From: the human T2T-CHM13v2.0 reference genome, Homo sapiens
Direction: 5' to 3' (one strand)
Assembly: GCF_009914755.1 (NCBI RefSeq)
Contig: NC_060928.1
DNA length: 64,000 nt
Shown one piece after another: positions 1-24,003 of this stretch. The notes beneath the pieces are model-generated. The model was not told the DNA's origin. It saw nothing but the letters and a program-made list of their open reading frames with translations, and made no database searches. How positions within the stretch are numbered: position 1 is the first letter of the stretch; each line of letters opens with the position of its first letter. A program made the translations under genes and the position numbers.

Positions 1-441
<441 letters not shown>

Positions 442-597
442 TAAATACAGGTTAGGGTAATATAAATAAATAAATAATTACTTATATGGTCAAATTAATT
501 CAAATAATTCACAAATTCTTACAAATATTTCTTAAGGGCCTAGGGTATGCAGGGTTCTTTTTAGTTGTAAGTGGGACTTCAAAGTAAATAAGAGATC

Positions 598-768
<171 letters not shown>

Positions 769-1924
769 TCATATATTAAGCCCAATCTCCTTATCTGGCT
801 TCAAGGCTCTTCAGAATCTTCCCAGCCTTCCTAATCAATGATCCCTAGTCTCATCTTTTTGCATCTGGGCCTTAGGGATTTTATTTTCTCTGTCTGGAAT
901 GTAAGACACTGGCCTCTTATCTGCCCAAAACAGAACCACCCATCAAAGCCTAGCTCAGATTCAACCTCCTCCAAGGAACCTGCCCTACCCCTACAATAAA
1001 CACTAATTTCTCCCTTCTCTGAATACTTTGTAAACCACTAGAAGTCTATACCAGTGATATCACACCTAGCGTTCATGGTGGTCTTGTTTCACAGTTGTGG
1101 AGAACATTATTGTATAATAATTAGCTACTGTTTTCTCCTTAGATTTTCTTGCTTCTTTCCTTTCCCTGCAACATGGTCAGGGCCAAGCTCTGGCCACGGA
1201 GAAGGAAGCAAGAAAAAAAAAAATCTGTGTTTTGTGTCCCAAAAGCCAGAATTGCCAGAGCAATTTTTAAAATTAGATCAAAGGGAGGAAGAGACTAACA
1301 GAAGTTTCCCCCAGACTGGGTGGAGAAGAGAGGAGTAAGGAAGGAAAGATATGGAGCCAAGAGAAACCAATGCATTCCACTGACAGTTTCTCAACCTGTT
1401 TTGGGGCAGATCTCTAGGGAGGGGCCAGGACCTCTGAGAGGTGTGGGGATGGAAAGCAACAGGTGTCTGTATGATGCTAACTGGATAGAGCTCCAGGGAG
1501 ACAGTCAGGTCCCAGAGAACTTGTCTGCAATATGTGTCTGAGCAGATAAGGATATGAACATTACAAATACTCTTAACCTCAGTTTGGCAAGAAGGAAGCA
1601 GAATAATTCCTGGGCCTTCCAGATATAGCACAGGAGTGTTCCAGAGGTTTGTAGGGCCTGAAGGGGCCATGCAGAGCCTTCAGGAATGAAGGACATCTTA
1701 GTGGCAATCTATATGCAAAAACAATTGGAGCAGTGGATGCCTCATGGACAAATCAGTCAAGGAACAGATGGGCCCTTTTCCAATATCTTGGCACTATTTA
1801 CATTCCCTAGAATTTGGATAACATGGAGGTTAACCCTACTAGACTATAAGCTTCTTGATGGAAAAGATTTTGTAAAATTTCCTTGTGGTGTCTTCTCACA
1901 TAGTGCCTAGGGTGGTGTCTTTTA

Positions 1925-3194
<1,270 letters not shown>

Positions 3195-4129
3195 ATTAGC
3201 TATAATTTGTGCAAAATAACTTTTGCAGTGAAGACAGTTAGACACTGGGTTTAGGAAATTATCCTTTTTAAAGCAGGAGGATTTGGAAACCTGGTATGAA
3301 AGAGCTGCCACTCGCAAATGTCCACATTGCAACAAAATATTGCTGGGTCGTCTGCAGGCACTTCTGGATTATCATTCTGCACCTTGGATTCTCATTCCTA
3401 TTTAGAATTGTCATCTCATTTTCTCTCATGCTTCCTGACCTCAGCTCTTTGTAGATTTATAGGTCCACCAATATCCAGATCTTCGGTGTCTTTGTCTTTG
3501 ACACTATTCTGATTGGCATTTGTATTAAACAACCTGGAGGAAGGCTAAGAAGGGTCCACACCATGCTCCAAAAGAGGGCTATGCCATCATGGCCTGGTCA
3601 GTGAGGTCAGAGGCAGTGGAGGTCACCTGCTCAAGTAGACAAGAGCAGTTCTGGGTTAAGCCCTCTATCTGTATAACTGGGTTCCCCATTCTTACCTCCT
3701 GGGTCACTGAAATTTATATCATCAATTACCCCAATCTCAATTATTCCACTTGGTTTTCAATTTAGCTTTGCTCCTGGCTACAGATTTCTGATACCTCCTA
3801 AAACCTATTTCAGTTTAAATGACCTTAGTACATTTTTTAAAAGGAACCCCAAGAAAACATAAACAGATTTATAAACAGCCTTTCATAAGAATACCTGTTG
3901 CCAGTTCAGCTGCCTCACCACAATACAGCCTTCCAGATATTGGGCAAGATCTGATATCCAACTAGGACCCTGGTCACTGAGTGAGTATAACCCCAGACTG
4001 GGTTTCAAATAAGCCTAAACACGTGAGGGTGCAATAGAGCAAAATTTTCAAATATGTGGATGAAACAAACTAAAAGAGATGGCTAATATGATGGAGACTT
4101 TTAAAGGCTTTTGAGAGCTTAAAAGGCTG

Positions 4130-4440
4130 GCTCAAGAGCAACAGAATGAAATTTAACAGCCCTGAGTCTGGGTTCCAAATACCATCTCATAAATATAGAT
4201 GATGGAAAAAATGGCTTCACTATTTTATGTGAAGAGCCCTGGGTGTTTTTGTTGATCATGAGTTCAGTATAAAGTGACTTAGTTGCTCTAAAAGCTAATC
4301 CTCCTGTAGGCTGCATTAATAGGATTGTGTCCAAATCACGTAAGGCAATAATCTCAATATACTCACCTTCAACTGGTCAGGCAGCAGCTGACTATTCCAT
4401 TGTGACCTCCATTCTACAAAAGGGTCATTAACAACCACAG
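4130..4440 (+). mobile_element. Ancient CR1/L3 LINE fragment
   Basis: AAAAGCTAATCC...TAGGCTGCATTAATAGG...GTGTCCAAATCA...CTGGTCAG resembles recalled L3 consensus; highly diverged. Confidence 0.5.
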
Positions 4441-5175
4441 ACAACACAGGGGAAGGAGAGGTCTGGGCTTTCCATTGTACAGGGAATTGTTGGGATAACT
4501 GTTTAGCCAGAGCAATGACTCTATATCAAAATTAAAACTCTTTTGGTTCAATAAATAGTTCAGTTGGTTTAGGCAAAGTGGGATGTGGATCCTAATGATA
4601 TAGAAAGAGCTGCCATTCAGATGAGATGCACAGGTATTGCTGTGCTAGTTGTTTATCTCTGGCATCTGCTCCGGTTCTTTGGTTCCCATAGAGTGCTGCC
4701 TTTAAATATTTTGACTATCACCCCTGGAAACAGGAATGTCTTGTACAATCCAAGGTTAGGAATATTGCTGAGCTTTAGTAAAGGCGACAGCCAGGAAATG
4801 GAATGTCACTGGAAAGGCTGGCAATATTGGCTCTTGGTTTCTCCCTTCTGTTTCATTCTTCTTTGTTTGTATGAGACAGCTTTCTCCAGACCCTACTCCG
4901 CTTGTCAGAACTGGCTTTCACTCAATCCTGGTTCCAAATTCCCAATAGAAGGGATTTTTCTGGGAGAGTATGGGTCAAGTGCCTTCCCCTATCAACAGTG
5001 GCCAAGTGGGTGGAGTACCTTAGGTAAATATGACTGCTGGAAACCCACTCCTGTGGATTGAGATGGGGATGATTAATACAATCATTCCATGGCAGGTAAA
5101 TACCCCAAAACTTTTTATATAAGTTTCTTAATTTTCTTTGATGTCACAGGCCCCTTTAAGAAGTTGGAGAAACTT

Positions 5176-5860
<685 letters not shown>

Positions 5861-6289
5861 CTAGAACTTTGAAATGTATTCGTTGATCCCAGAATAAGAA
5901 ACCCTGACCTATAGAATGAAATACTTAAGGGAGAAAATATGATTATCTGCAATCAAATAGCTAAAGAATTATTGGGAAAGGGGATGACAATTTGGAAATG
6001 CATGCATAGTAAAAAAAAAATTGAAATGCTATGTAAAAATGAAAATATGGTTCTCTCTGGAAGTGGTATAATGAATGGCTCTTTTTTTTTTTTTGCATGG
6101 TTTCCAATTATATTACTGAGAACATATCTGGCTACTTTTATAATGAGATAACCTTTTTTTAATGAAAGAAACTAAGTTTTTAACTGTTCTACATGGAGTT
6201 TAGAACAGTGGATGTAATTAACAAGAACACAGATTGTGAATCAATGGTACTGGTTGTCTCAGGAATAATCACATTGTCCCTGTATCTAT

Positions 6290-6820
6290 CCTTGCCCTAC
6301 TAAAATCTGTTCTCAAAAGTCAGTTGTGTTAAAATATAAGTCAGAGTAAGTCTCTCTACTCAGAACCCTGCCAAGGCTCTCCAGCTTACTCAAGTTAAGA
6401 GCCAAATTACATTTGCCTACAAGGCTTCATATGAACTTGATTCTGTTATGCCTCCTATCTCATCTCCCATAACTTTCCCTCCAGCTCATTTTGATTCCTC
6501 TCTGTTCCTTAAATTCCATCACTTCCTTGTGTCTTTGCAAATGGCATGTTCTCAGTGAGGTTCACCCTATTTTAAATTGCAGTCCCCCTCCCCAATCACC
6601 ACTGTTACTCTCCACGCCCCTTACTCTACTCACTTTCTTTTTCCCACCGGACTTATCACCTTCTAACATACTAATGTAAATTACTTTCTGATGTCTTGCT
6701 TATTACCTGTTTCTTCTCACCTGAATAGTAAGCTCCATTGAATTTGTTGTCTGATTTGCTGAATGCTAATCACCTGGAATAGATTCTGACTAATAGTAAA
6801 CACTGAATGGATGTTTGTTG
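6290..6820 (+). mobile_element. L2 LINE 3' fragment
   Basis: Degenerate L2 3' motifs (GTAAGCTCCATTG, ATAGTAAACACTGAATGGATGTTTGTTG). Confidence 0.5.
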
Positions 6821-8685
6821 GAGGGAGGGAGAAAGAAAAGGGGAGTAAGCCAGAAGAATAGAGCAAAGGAAAGAGGAAGGGAAAAAAGACTGCAAGTGGC
6901 CAAGCAGAGGGAATTCCTAAAATGGAGAGAAGTATGGCTTGGATAACTTAGAAGTTTTACTGCAAATCTAAGATTCTATGATAGGACTCTTCCCTTCTCC
7001 ATCATAACCCAGATTTTTGCTTAGATTTATTGCTTGCCACATGTCTTAGACAGGAAGCATTTGCATGAAAGGAAGATAACTCACTCAGGTCACATTAAAT
7101 AAAAAGAGAAGTTTTAATTTAACATGTGAAATCTCATGGACTCAGGGTAGAAACTCCAATGTGTCCCCTGGCAGGGCTGAAACCAGGATGGCTTCTCAAT
7201 CCTTCTGGTGCTTCATGAGCATTCATTTCTTCCTCTCAGCAGACATCTCATTTCTCCTTACTGGCCAGCCACAGGACCTCCCAGCTCCCGGGCCCATCAC
7301 TAACAAACTAGACTCTCTGTTTCAATTCCAAATTCTTCAAGGTTCAGAGTTTCTTATTCTGGGATCAATGGTTACATTCAAGGTTCACTGATTGACTTGG
7401 CACAGCTCTTATCAATTGTTTTCTCATAGTTCAAGTGATGCTGTCACCAGAGACAACAGCCTCAGAGAGTGAAACCATGACCAAAGAGTCCACCCTGCTG
7501 GGCTCCTGAAGGGAGGTAGTTCTGAGGGAGGATGCACACGGGCTGAACAGGCAAATTGGCTAGCACACCAAGGCACCATCCCACTGGAATCTATCTGCAT
7601 TAACATTCTGAACAATCTAATTGCACTTCCAAAGCAATTTCCTGTCTGGAAGAGGTTGCTGATTTCTTTGAAGCTAAAATAGGCACATCCTTCACTTATA
7701 AAAATAATAAACAGCTTTCTGAGAAACTTCTGAGGAAATTTTTCTACCACCTGGAAAAGCACAGTGAGAGGATTCATCTCCCAGAATAGGAGTGGCAGAG
7801 AATTTATCCTGAAATAGAGCTGACAACATTTGCAAAATTCTCCACCATGAACACAGATGTAAGTATAATTGACTTTTTATTATAAACAGCTTTTTATTGA
7901 GGTATAACATACAGAAATGTGCACAAATCGTAAGTGTTCAACTGGCTGATTTTTCCAAAAGTGAACACACCCACGTAACCAGTACCCAGATCAAGATATC
8001 AACATTACCATCCTATTAGAAGCAACCCCCTCGCCCATACACACACCCAAAGTAACCATTCTCTGGACTTCCAGAGAATAGCATTGCCTAAAATTCCGGT
8101 TTAAATTTTTTGCCTTTTTTCTCCTAGTTGAGTTGACTATCTTTTTATTTTTTAAAGCAATTTTATCGAGGAATAATTGACATTCAATAAAGTGCAAGTA
8201 TTTAAAGCATATAATTTGATAAGTTTTGGCACAGATACCTACCGTGAAACCATCACCACAATCAATATAGTGAATATATCCATCCCCAGGCAACCACTGA
8301 TCTATCTTCTGTCATTACAGATTAGTCTGTATTTTCTAAAATTTTATGTAACTGGAATCCTACAATATGTCCTTATTTTTGTCTGGCTTCTTTCATTCAG
8401 CATCATGATTTTGAAATTCATTCATGTTGTTACATGTAACACAAGTTCATTCCTTTTTATTATTGAGTAGTATCCCATTATACACCACACTTTATTTTTA
8501 TCCACTAACTTGCTGATGGGCATTTGGGTTGTTTCCAATTTGGGGCTATTTAAAATAAAGCTGTTATGAACATTGTGCACAAGTCTTTGTATTGACATAT
8601 GCTTTAATTTACCGTGGGTAAATATTTGGGAGTGGAATGTCTAGGTCATATGGTAGGTGTGTGTTTAACTTTATAAGAAACTGTC

Positions 8686-8979
<294 letters not shown>

Positions 8980-9177
8980 GAAACTGTCAAAATGTCTTCT
9001 ATTTCACATTCCCAAAAACAGTGAGTTTTACTTGCTGAGTCTTCTCACTAACCCTTGATATGATCAGTCTTTTAAAATTTTCCTCATTCTAATATGTGTA
9101 CGCATGTTAAATTATATCTCATTGTGATTTTAATTTGCATATTCTTATTGACTAGTGATTTTGAGCACATCTTTTGA

Positions 9178-10963
<1,786 letters not shown>

Positions 10964-11125
10964 TGTGCATTTTTAAATTGTGTTGTTTGTTGTTTCATTA
11001 TTGAGTTTTTATATATTTTGGATGCGAGTCTTTTATCAGATGTGATTTGCCACATCTGGCCTTTATTTTATCTTTTTTGAGTCTTGCTTTAGATGTCATA
11101 TCTAAGAGATCTTTGCCAAACAATG

Positions 11126-11489
11126 TGTCTTAACCCATTTTCTGTTGCTATAACAGAATACACAGACTAGGTAATTTATAATTAACGGAAATTTATTTGG
11201 CCCGTGGTTCTGGAAGCTAGGAAGTTCAAGACTATGGTGCTAGAATCAGGTGGGGGGCACCTTCATGGTGGAAGACAGAAAGGCAGGGAGAACAAGAGCA
11301 AAAGAAAGAGGGCTGAATGCATTCTTTTACAGGAACCCTCTCCTGCAAAAACTAACTCATTCAAACCATAATGCTATTAATCCATTCACTAGGGCAGAGC
11401 CCTAATAAAAGTCTTTCCTCTCAACACTGTTGCAATGGGGATTCAATTTCCAGCATATGAACTCTGGGTGACACATTTAAGCCATAACA
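11126..11489 (-). mobile_element. MaLR solo LTR (MST family, MSTB-like)
   Basis: TG...CA termini, imperfect 5-bp TSD CAATG/GAATG, GTTGCTATAACAGAATAC and CTCAACACTGTTGCAATGGGGATT motifs. Confidence 0.75.
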
Positions 11490-11689
11490 GAATGTCACAC
11501 AGATTTTCTCCTATATTTTCTTCCAGAAGTTTTATTCTAATCAGATTTAGCATTAGGTCTGTAATCTACTGTGAGTACATTTGTGCATGTGCTACAAGGA
11601 ATAGATTAAAGTTTCGGTTTGTTTGTTGCATTTGGATATCCCATTATTTCAGCATCAATTATTGAAAAAAATGATCCTTTCTCCTTTGA

Positions 11690-13274
<1,585 letters not shown>

Positions 13275-13617
13275 TGATTCGTCAACTCTGTATATCTTAC
13301 TACAGTCTTTTTAAATTTCTTCCAGCAATGCTGTCTCTTGCATCTATGGATTTACAATGATCAAATTTTTTGGCCATTATCTCTTCAAGAATTTTCAACA
13401 CTCACACTTTGGGGACTCTAATTACATATATATTAGGCTACTAAAAGTGGTTTTATTTTCCTTATTACTCAGTTCATTTATTTCAATCTTTTTTTCTCTC
13501 TTTGTTTTATATTGCTATGTATTCATTTTCACTAATTCTGTGATATCTAATCTACTATTAATTGAATGCAGCATATTTTTCATGTCATTCATTGTATTTT
13601 TCATCTCTAGAAATTTA

Positions 13618-13889
<272 letters not shown>

Positions 13890-13890
<1 letters not shown>

Positions 13891-14405
13891 CTCGCTGAGG
13901 ATCACACAGTGTTGAAATAGTTCCTCTTCTCCCCAGCCAGAGCAGAAAACACCATAATGCACAGAGCATTCATGAGTTCCTTGAAGGATTTTGTCTCAGT
14001 AGTGGTGGAAAGTTAGCCCTAGATTAAATGACGCTGTGGTCCTGCCTAAGAAAACGTAATAGCAACACCCCATAAAATCAAACTGTTTTCAAGTAACTAT
14101 GTTCCAGAACAAAGCTCAATATATTTATAGAAAAACAAAAATATCCAACACTCAACAAGATAAAATTTACAATGTGTGATATCCAATCAGAGATTAGCAA
14201 GAGTTAGGTAAATATGGCCCAAAATGAGGGGGAAAAAAATCAATCCATTGAAGCCAATTTAGAAATTACAGACGATGACATTAGTGGACAAAAACGTTAG
14301 AACAGTTATTATAGCTATATCCCATATGTTCAGAAAGCTAGAGGAATGACTTAGCATGGTAAGTAGAGACATGGAAGATATTATGAAGACTCAAATTAAA
14401 TTTCT
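13890..14405 (+). mobile_element. Old L1M 5'-region fragment in opposite orientation to the adjacent L1
   Basis: A-rich L1M-like sequence ending in GACTCAAATTAAATTTCT, which continues on the - strand from 13626. Confidence 0.6.
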
Positions 14406-14731
<326 letters not shown>

Positions 14732-15048
14732 TGAGTTAAGTAAATCTAAGTTTTAATTTAATGGAATATTTTTGCTCATGCAAAAGAGAAAAAGAATAGT
14801 TTAAATTCAAGAAGTGTGAAAAGGTAATAACTATATAAAATAGCTCTAATACTATTTTATATATAGTGTTTTCATGTCACAATTACAAAGGGATTCGTTT
14901 ATGTTTTTAAATAAAAACTCTCTTTTAGCCCACTTTGTAACCTAAATTTCGAAAATTAAGTTTAGAGATAAAATTATGCAGCTCAGGCAGTGATTCCATA
15001 ATGTGTTTACATTTATCATAATCTACCCTGTAATGATTGTAATTAAAA

Positions 15049-16130
<1,082 letters not shown>

Positions 16131-16314
16131 AAAATATTCTAAAAATAAGCAATATTTTATTCCTTTGTCGAAGGACCATTTTCACATTATAACAATATAA
16201 ATCTTATTGCAAGGATATTTCATTTTGAGATTTAAACATTACTTCCTTAGAAATGATTAAATGTGCAAACATTTCAAATTCTAAAATGTAGGTGGGACCT
16301 TTGAGAGGTAATTA

Positions 16315-17594
16315 TTTGGTGAGGGCAAAAGTAATTGCAGTTTTTGCACTGTTGGAATTTGCCATTTGATATTGAAATACATTCTTAAATAAATATGGTT
16401 ATGTTATACATCATTTTAATGGGCATTTCTCGCTTTATTTATTTTTTGCTACTTATTACTTGCTGTTTATTTTATGTTTATTTTAGACTATGGAAATGAT
16501 GTTAGACAAAAAGCAAATTTAAGCGATTTTCTTATTTGAGTTCAAAATGGGTCATAAAGCAGTGGAGACAACTTGCAGCATCAACGAAGCGTTTGGCCCA
16601 GGAGCTGCTGACGAAGGTACGGTGCAGCGGGGGGTTCAAGAAGTTTTGCAAAGGAGATGAGAGCCTTGAAGGTGGAGAGTGTAGTGGCTGGCCATCGGAA
16701 GTTGACAGTGACCAACTGAGAGCACTCATTGAAGCTGATCCTCTTACAACTCCATAAGAAGTTGCAGAATAACTCAACATTGAGCCTTCTGTGGTCATTT
16801 AGCATTTGAAACAAATTGAAACGGTGAAAAAGCTCAATAAGTGGGTGTCTCATAAGCTGACCGAAAATGAAAAAATGTCATCACTTCGAAGTGTCATCCT
16901 CTTATTCTATGCAACAACGAAGCATTTCTCAATTGGATTGTGACATGCGATGAAAAGTGGATTGTATATGACAACCATTGACAACGAGCTCTGTGATTGG
17001 ACTGAGAAGAAGCTCCAAAGCACTTCCCAAAGCCAAATTTGCACCCAAAAAATGCCATGGTCACTGTTTGGTGGTCTGCTGCCAGTCCACTACAGCTTTC
17101 TGAATCCTGGCAAAACCGTTACATCTGAGAAGTATGCTCAGCAAATCGATGAGATGCACCGAAAACTGCAATGACTGCAGCCGGCATTGGTCAACAGAAA
17201 GGACCCAATTCTTCTCCATAACAATGGCTGACCCTACGTCAAACAACCAATGCTTCAAAAGTTGAACAAATTGGGCTACAAAGTTTTGCCTCATCTATCG
17301 TATTTACCTGACCTCTCACCAACTGACTACTGGCAAGCTTCTTCAAGTATCTTGACAACTACTTGCAGGTAAAATGCATCCACACCAGCAGGAGGCAGAA
17401 AATGCTTTCCAAGAGTTCGTCAAATCCTGGAGCACGAATTTTTACGCTACAGGAATAAACAAACTTATTTCTTGTTGGCAAAAATGTGTTGATTGTTATG
17501 GTTCCTCTTTTGATTAATAAAGATGTGTTGGAGACTAGTTATGATGATTTAAAATTCGCAGTCCAAAACCCTAATTACTTTTGCACCAACCTAA
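16315..17594 (+). mobile_element. Full-length Hsmar1 mariner DNA transposon (inactive)
   Basis: 1280 bp, 30-bp terminal inverted repeats (right end AAAACCCTAATTACTTTTGCACCAACCTAA), TA duplication at 16313-16314 and 17595-17596. Confidence 0.95.
16490..17517 (+). pseudogene. Disrupted Hsmar1 transposase ORF
   Basis: MEMMLDKKQI then TAA; fragments FKKFCKGDESLE, EADPLTT, WVSHKL (WVPHEL motif), VTCDEKW, YLPDLSPTDY; multiple stops and frameshifts. Confidence 0.92.
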
Positions 17595-18327
17595 TAGGTT
17601 ACAAGAGCTCTGCCCTTATAAATGGAACTGGTGCCCTTATACAAAAGGCCTAGGGCAGCCTGTTTGTGTCTCTTGCCATGTGAGGACACAGCAAGAAGGC
17701 ACGATCTATGAGGAACAGGCCCTCACCAAACACTGGATCTGCTGGTACCTTGATGGAGGACTTACCAGCATCCAGAATTATAAGCAATAAATGGCTATTG
17801 TTTATCTATTACCCAGTCTAAGGTATTTTGTTACAGCAGCTTGAATGGTCTAGGTCACTGGGTGGCAGAGACATCCATAAAGCTAATGAAGCTTCAGCTC
17901 AGGGCCTGTCATTGCACAGGCCTCTTGTGAGAGTGGGGAGCTTCTAGGAGAAGTGGAGTGTCCTAGTGGAGAGGGGGTGTCAAGCTGTACTCAGGAAGAA
18001 TATGTAAGGATTCTGGTAAATTACCTATAAATCTTAGAAGAAAGACATCTGCATCTCCAGGGCTTCGGGAATTTGTTGGTGATTTATTTCCTCATTCTAA
18101 ATACATATTCATCCAAATTTCGTATTTGTAATTGCATTATTTTCGTTAAAAAGACTCCCCAAACTATATAAACTTCTGGTCCCAGGACATGAAGATTTGC
18201 CCCTGCAGAATAATTTTGTATCTATCTGAGGTCACTGAACATGAATTTACAGTGATGTCACTCATCCTGTTCTGCGACTTGCTCCAACAGCACTTGGCTG
18301 GTTGTGTGCAGAAGAAAGTACAGTCAA

Positions 18328-19845
<1,518 letters not shown>

Positions 19846-20789
19846 AGTCTTTTCCTCAGGGAAGTCCTTCCCAACCTACCGCCCTACTCCTGGGGGGTAC
19901 ATCCTCTGTTATATGCCCAAACAACACTATATTTTCTTCCATAGCATTTATCAACTGTATTGCCAAAATGATGGGGTTAATTATCTGCAAAAGCTTTTCT
20001 CTAGGAAAGAGGAGTGTGGGAACAGGTCTGGCTTTCCCCTACTGTATCCTGGGTCCTCAGGGACTGGCATATAATAGGCATCCCATAAATATTCGTTGTA
20101 TGAATAAAATTTAAGATACTAACATATAATAACTTTTTCCAGCGTGCCTTTTAAGGCATAAAGATATAAAATATGATTTAACAAATAATCTAAACATGAC
20201 ATATAAAAATAAGGCAAATTTCCTTTCTAAAATATATACATGGAGACATATCTATCTTCAATTTCTCTTCAACCCTGATTTAATTTCTAGAAATACAAGC
20301 CTAAAACAACTCAGTAGAAGATAGGAAAAACACTTAAAGATTTTTTACATAGGAATGAGATAACTGAATGCCTTATTTGAAATAAAGAAAAAAATTTGTG
20401 GAAATTCCCAAAGCTAAATAATACAAGATATATTACAATTTTCCATTTACAAAGAACTTTATAACAAGAGTGTAGGAAATGGTAAATTTGCTAAAGCCAA
20501 TAGTTAACTACTCAACAATACTAGTCTTACTAATGCTAATTATACTTTTGGCTCAATGTAGCTACATGCTGCCTATGGGAGAAGAGGAAAACAAATTTGA
20601 TGGTTTATTTTCATTTGGAAGATTTGTGGCATGATTTATATTCACATACTTAAAAAGAAGTGCTTTGGTTTATTAGCTGCCATAAAAATTACGCTTGTTT
20701 ATGTTTCAGAAAGAACATTAAGAAATACAGCAACAAACAGCAAAAATCCTACAATATCTAATATGTGCCTGATATTTAAAACTACCATT

Positions 20790-21774
<985 letters not shown>

Positions 21775-22380
21775 AACACTACCATTTCTATTTCTCATTA
21801 AACTTCTGCAAAATCGGTGTTGCAATTCCCATTTCACATATCGGGAAACTGAGACTCAGAGACATTGTGTAATTTACCCAAGGTCACGACTACTCAGCTG
21901 ATGACCTGAAAAGTGCATCCAGATCTGCAAGAAGTTCCGCCCTTGTGATACTGTTAAGTGCCTGCCAAAAGATGACGGTCTCTAAACCCCAGTGGGAACC
22001 AGGCTTTTTCAGATTTTTCTTTTTTGAGACTGAGTCTCAATCTGTAGTTTTGTTGACCCTTTATTTGCTTACTACCCTATGCCACTACCTCCATATATGC
22101 AGGGATCTTTGTCTTGTCACCACTCCAGCACCTAATTTCTTATTACAATCATCTAACATTTTCAAACTCAGAGGAGCTTCAGAATATGAATGTTGTGTTA
22201 ATAAGAAAATGACTGAAGTTATGTCTTTCCAGAAATGCTCATTTATGTCGTCATATTTTTAGCACTTTTATCTGATTATATTATCTGCTGAAATTGGCTT
22301 TGGGGCTTTTTCACAAATAAATTGGAGAAGATGTTTATTACAGAATCATGTTAAACTCAGGACCAGTATAATAATTGTGA

Positions 22381-22762
<382 letters not shown>

Positions 22763-23963
22763 AAGTGTCCCTCTTCTAGTCCAGCATCCGAACAGTAGAT
22801 TTCAAACAAATACAAAGTTAAGTGGAATAGGCAACAAATGGAAGGGGTGTGAGACTTCAAAATGTCTCAGAGATAGGACCCAACCAAATCCTTGGCCTCG
22901 CCAAGCGCCCCCATCACTCTGGCAGAACAGCTCCAGAGACCAGCCCTGGCCAGCCCTGGGTCCCCATCTGTCCTCCCCTCCAAGCTGGTAGCTCCCGCGC
23001 CCTCTTGGTCTGTCCTTTAATCTCGCGCGGCGGGGACCGGCAGGATGGTGGTCTCCCCGCGGTTTTGCCTTTCAGGCTCTCAAGTAAAGAAAACCCTCGA
23101 AACTCCTGATCTCGAGCACAGCACAAGCTCCGAGCTGGCACCGGGCTGAGTCAAGATGGCAAGCCCCGGACTGAACATTTGAATGTCCCTCAGTCTTCCC
23201 CGCGCCCAAGCCCCAGTGCCTCTGCCCTAGCCGAGGCCTCTGCGGTCTTCCCGGGCGAGGAGCCGATTGGGGGCCGCCGGACGGCGGAGGACCCTGCTCC
23301 TGCTTCCCGAACTACAGATCCCAGGGTGCCTCTCGGACTCGCGCTCCCTCCCTCCCTTGCTCCCTCCCTTCGTCCGTCTCCTCCCCCGGCCCTTGTTGTT
23401 TTGGCTGGAAGCACTCCGGCGGAGTTTCAGAGAAAGTCTGGGCAGAAACCGGAGCCGGGCCTGAACGTGGGAAGGGGAGGAGGAGAGGGAGGAAGAAGGA
23501 GCCCGGCGGCCGGGAGAGGGAGGGAGGGATCGGGATCTGGGGCCGAGCCGCTCAGGACCTGCCGCGAGCCCCGGGGTGGGGGAGGCGGCGGGGGAGGAGC
23601 GCGAGGGGACGGGACAGCGGGATCCCTCCCAGGAGCCAAGCCGCCAAGCGCCTCGTTCCTCTGCTGCTCCCCGCCCTCTTCGGCGGCCGCGAGAGCGGAC
23701 CCACCCTCCGGCTTGACCTGCGACCTCCCTGCGCCCGCCGCTCAGAAACGCCCCGCGCTTCGCTGCCAACCCTGCGGCTCCCTCTGTGACCCGGGACCAG
23801 CCCCGCGCCCGCTGCCCGTAGGCGGCTCGCGGCTTCCCCTTTCCTCGGCGTTCACCGAGCGCCGCGAAGTGACCCACCCTCCCCCGAGGAGAGGGAAGGA
23901 GGATCGCTCCGGGCGCATCGAAACCGAGGGCGGGTGGGCGGGCGAGCGGGCACCGCGCGGGGC

Positions 23964-23965
<2 letters not shown>

Positions 23966-24001
<36 letters not shown>
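23966..24001. repeat. (TG)18 microsatellite inside the promoter
   Basis: Direct reading. Confidence 0.95.

Positions 24002-24003
<2 letters not shown>

Larger units (their letters stand above)
16290..17857 (+). mobile_element. MaLR LTR (MLT1A-like) split by the Hsmar1 insertion
   Basis: Removing 16315-17596 restores GGTGGGACCTTTGAGAGGTAATTAGGT; downstream GCCATGTGAGGACACAGCAAGAAGGC and GGTATTTTGTTACAGCAGC motifs. Confidence 0.7.

Noticed and set aside
4585-5061. 158-aa ORF in apparently unique sequence
   Set aside because: GTG start, no recognisable domain or exon structure; compatible with chance.
16490-17517. Active or domesticated mariner transposase
   Set aside because: Stop at codon 11, further stops and frameshifts, and LLHDN changed to LLHNN.
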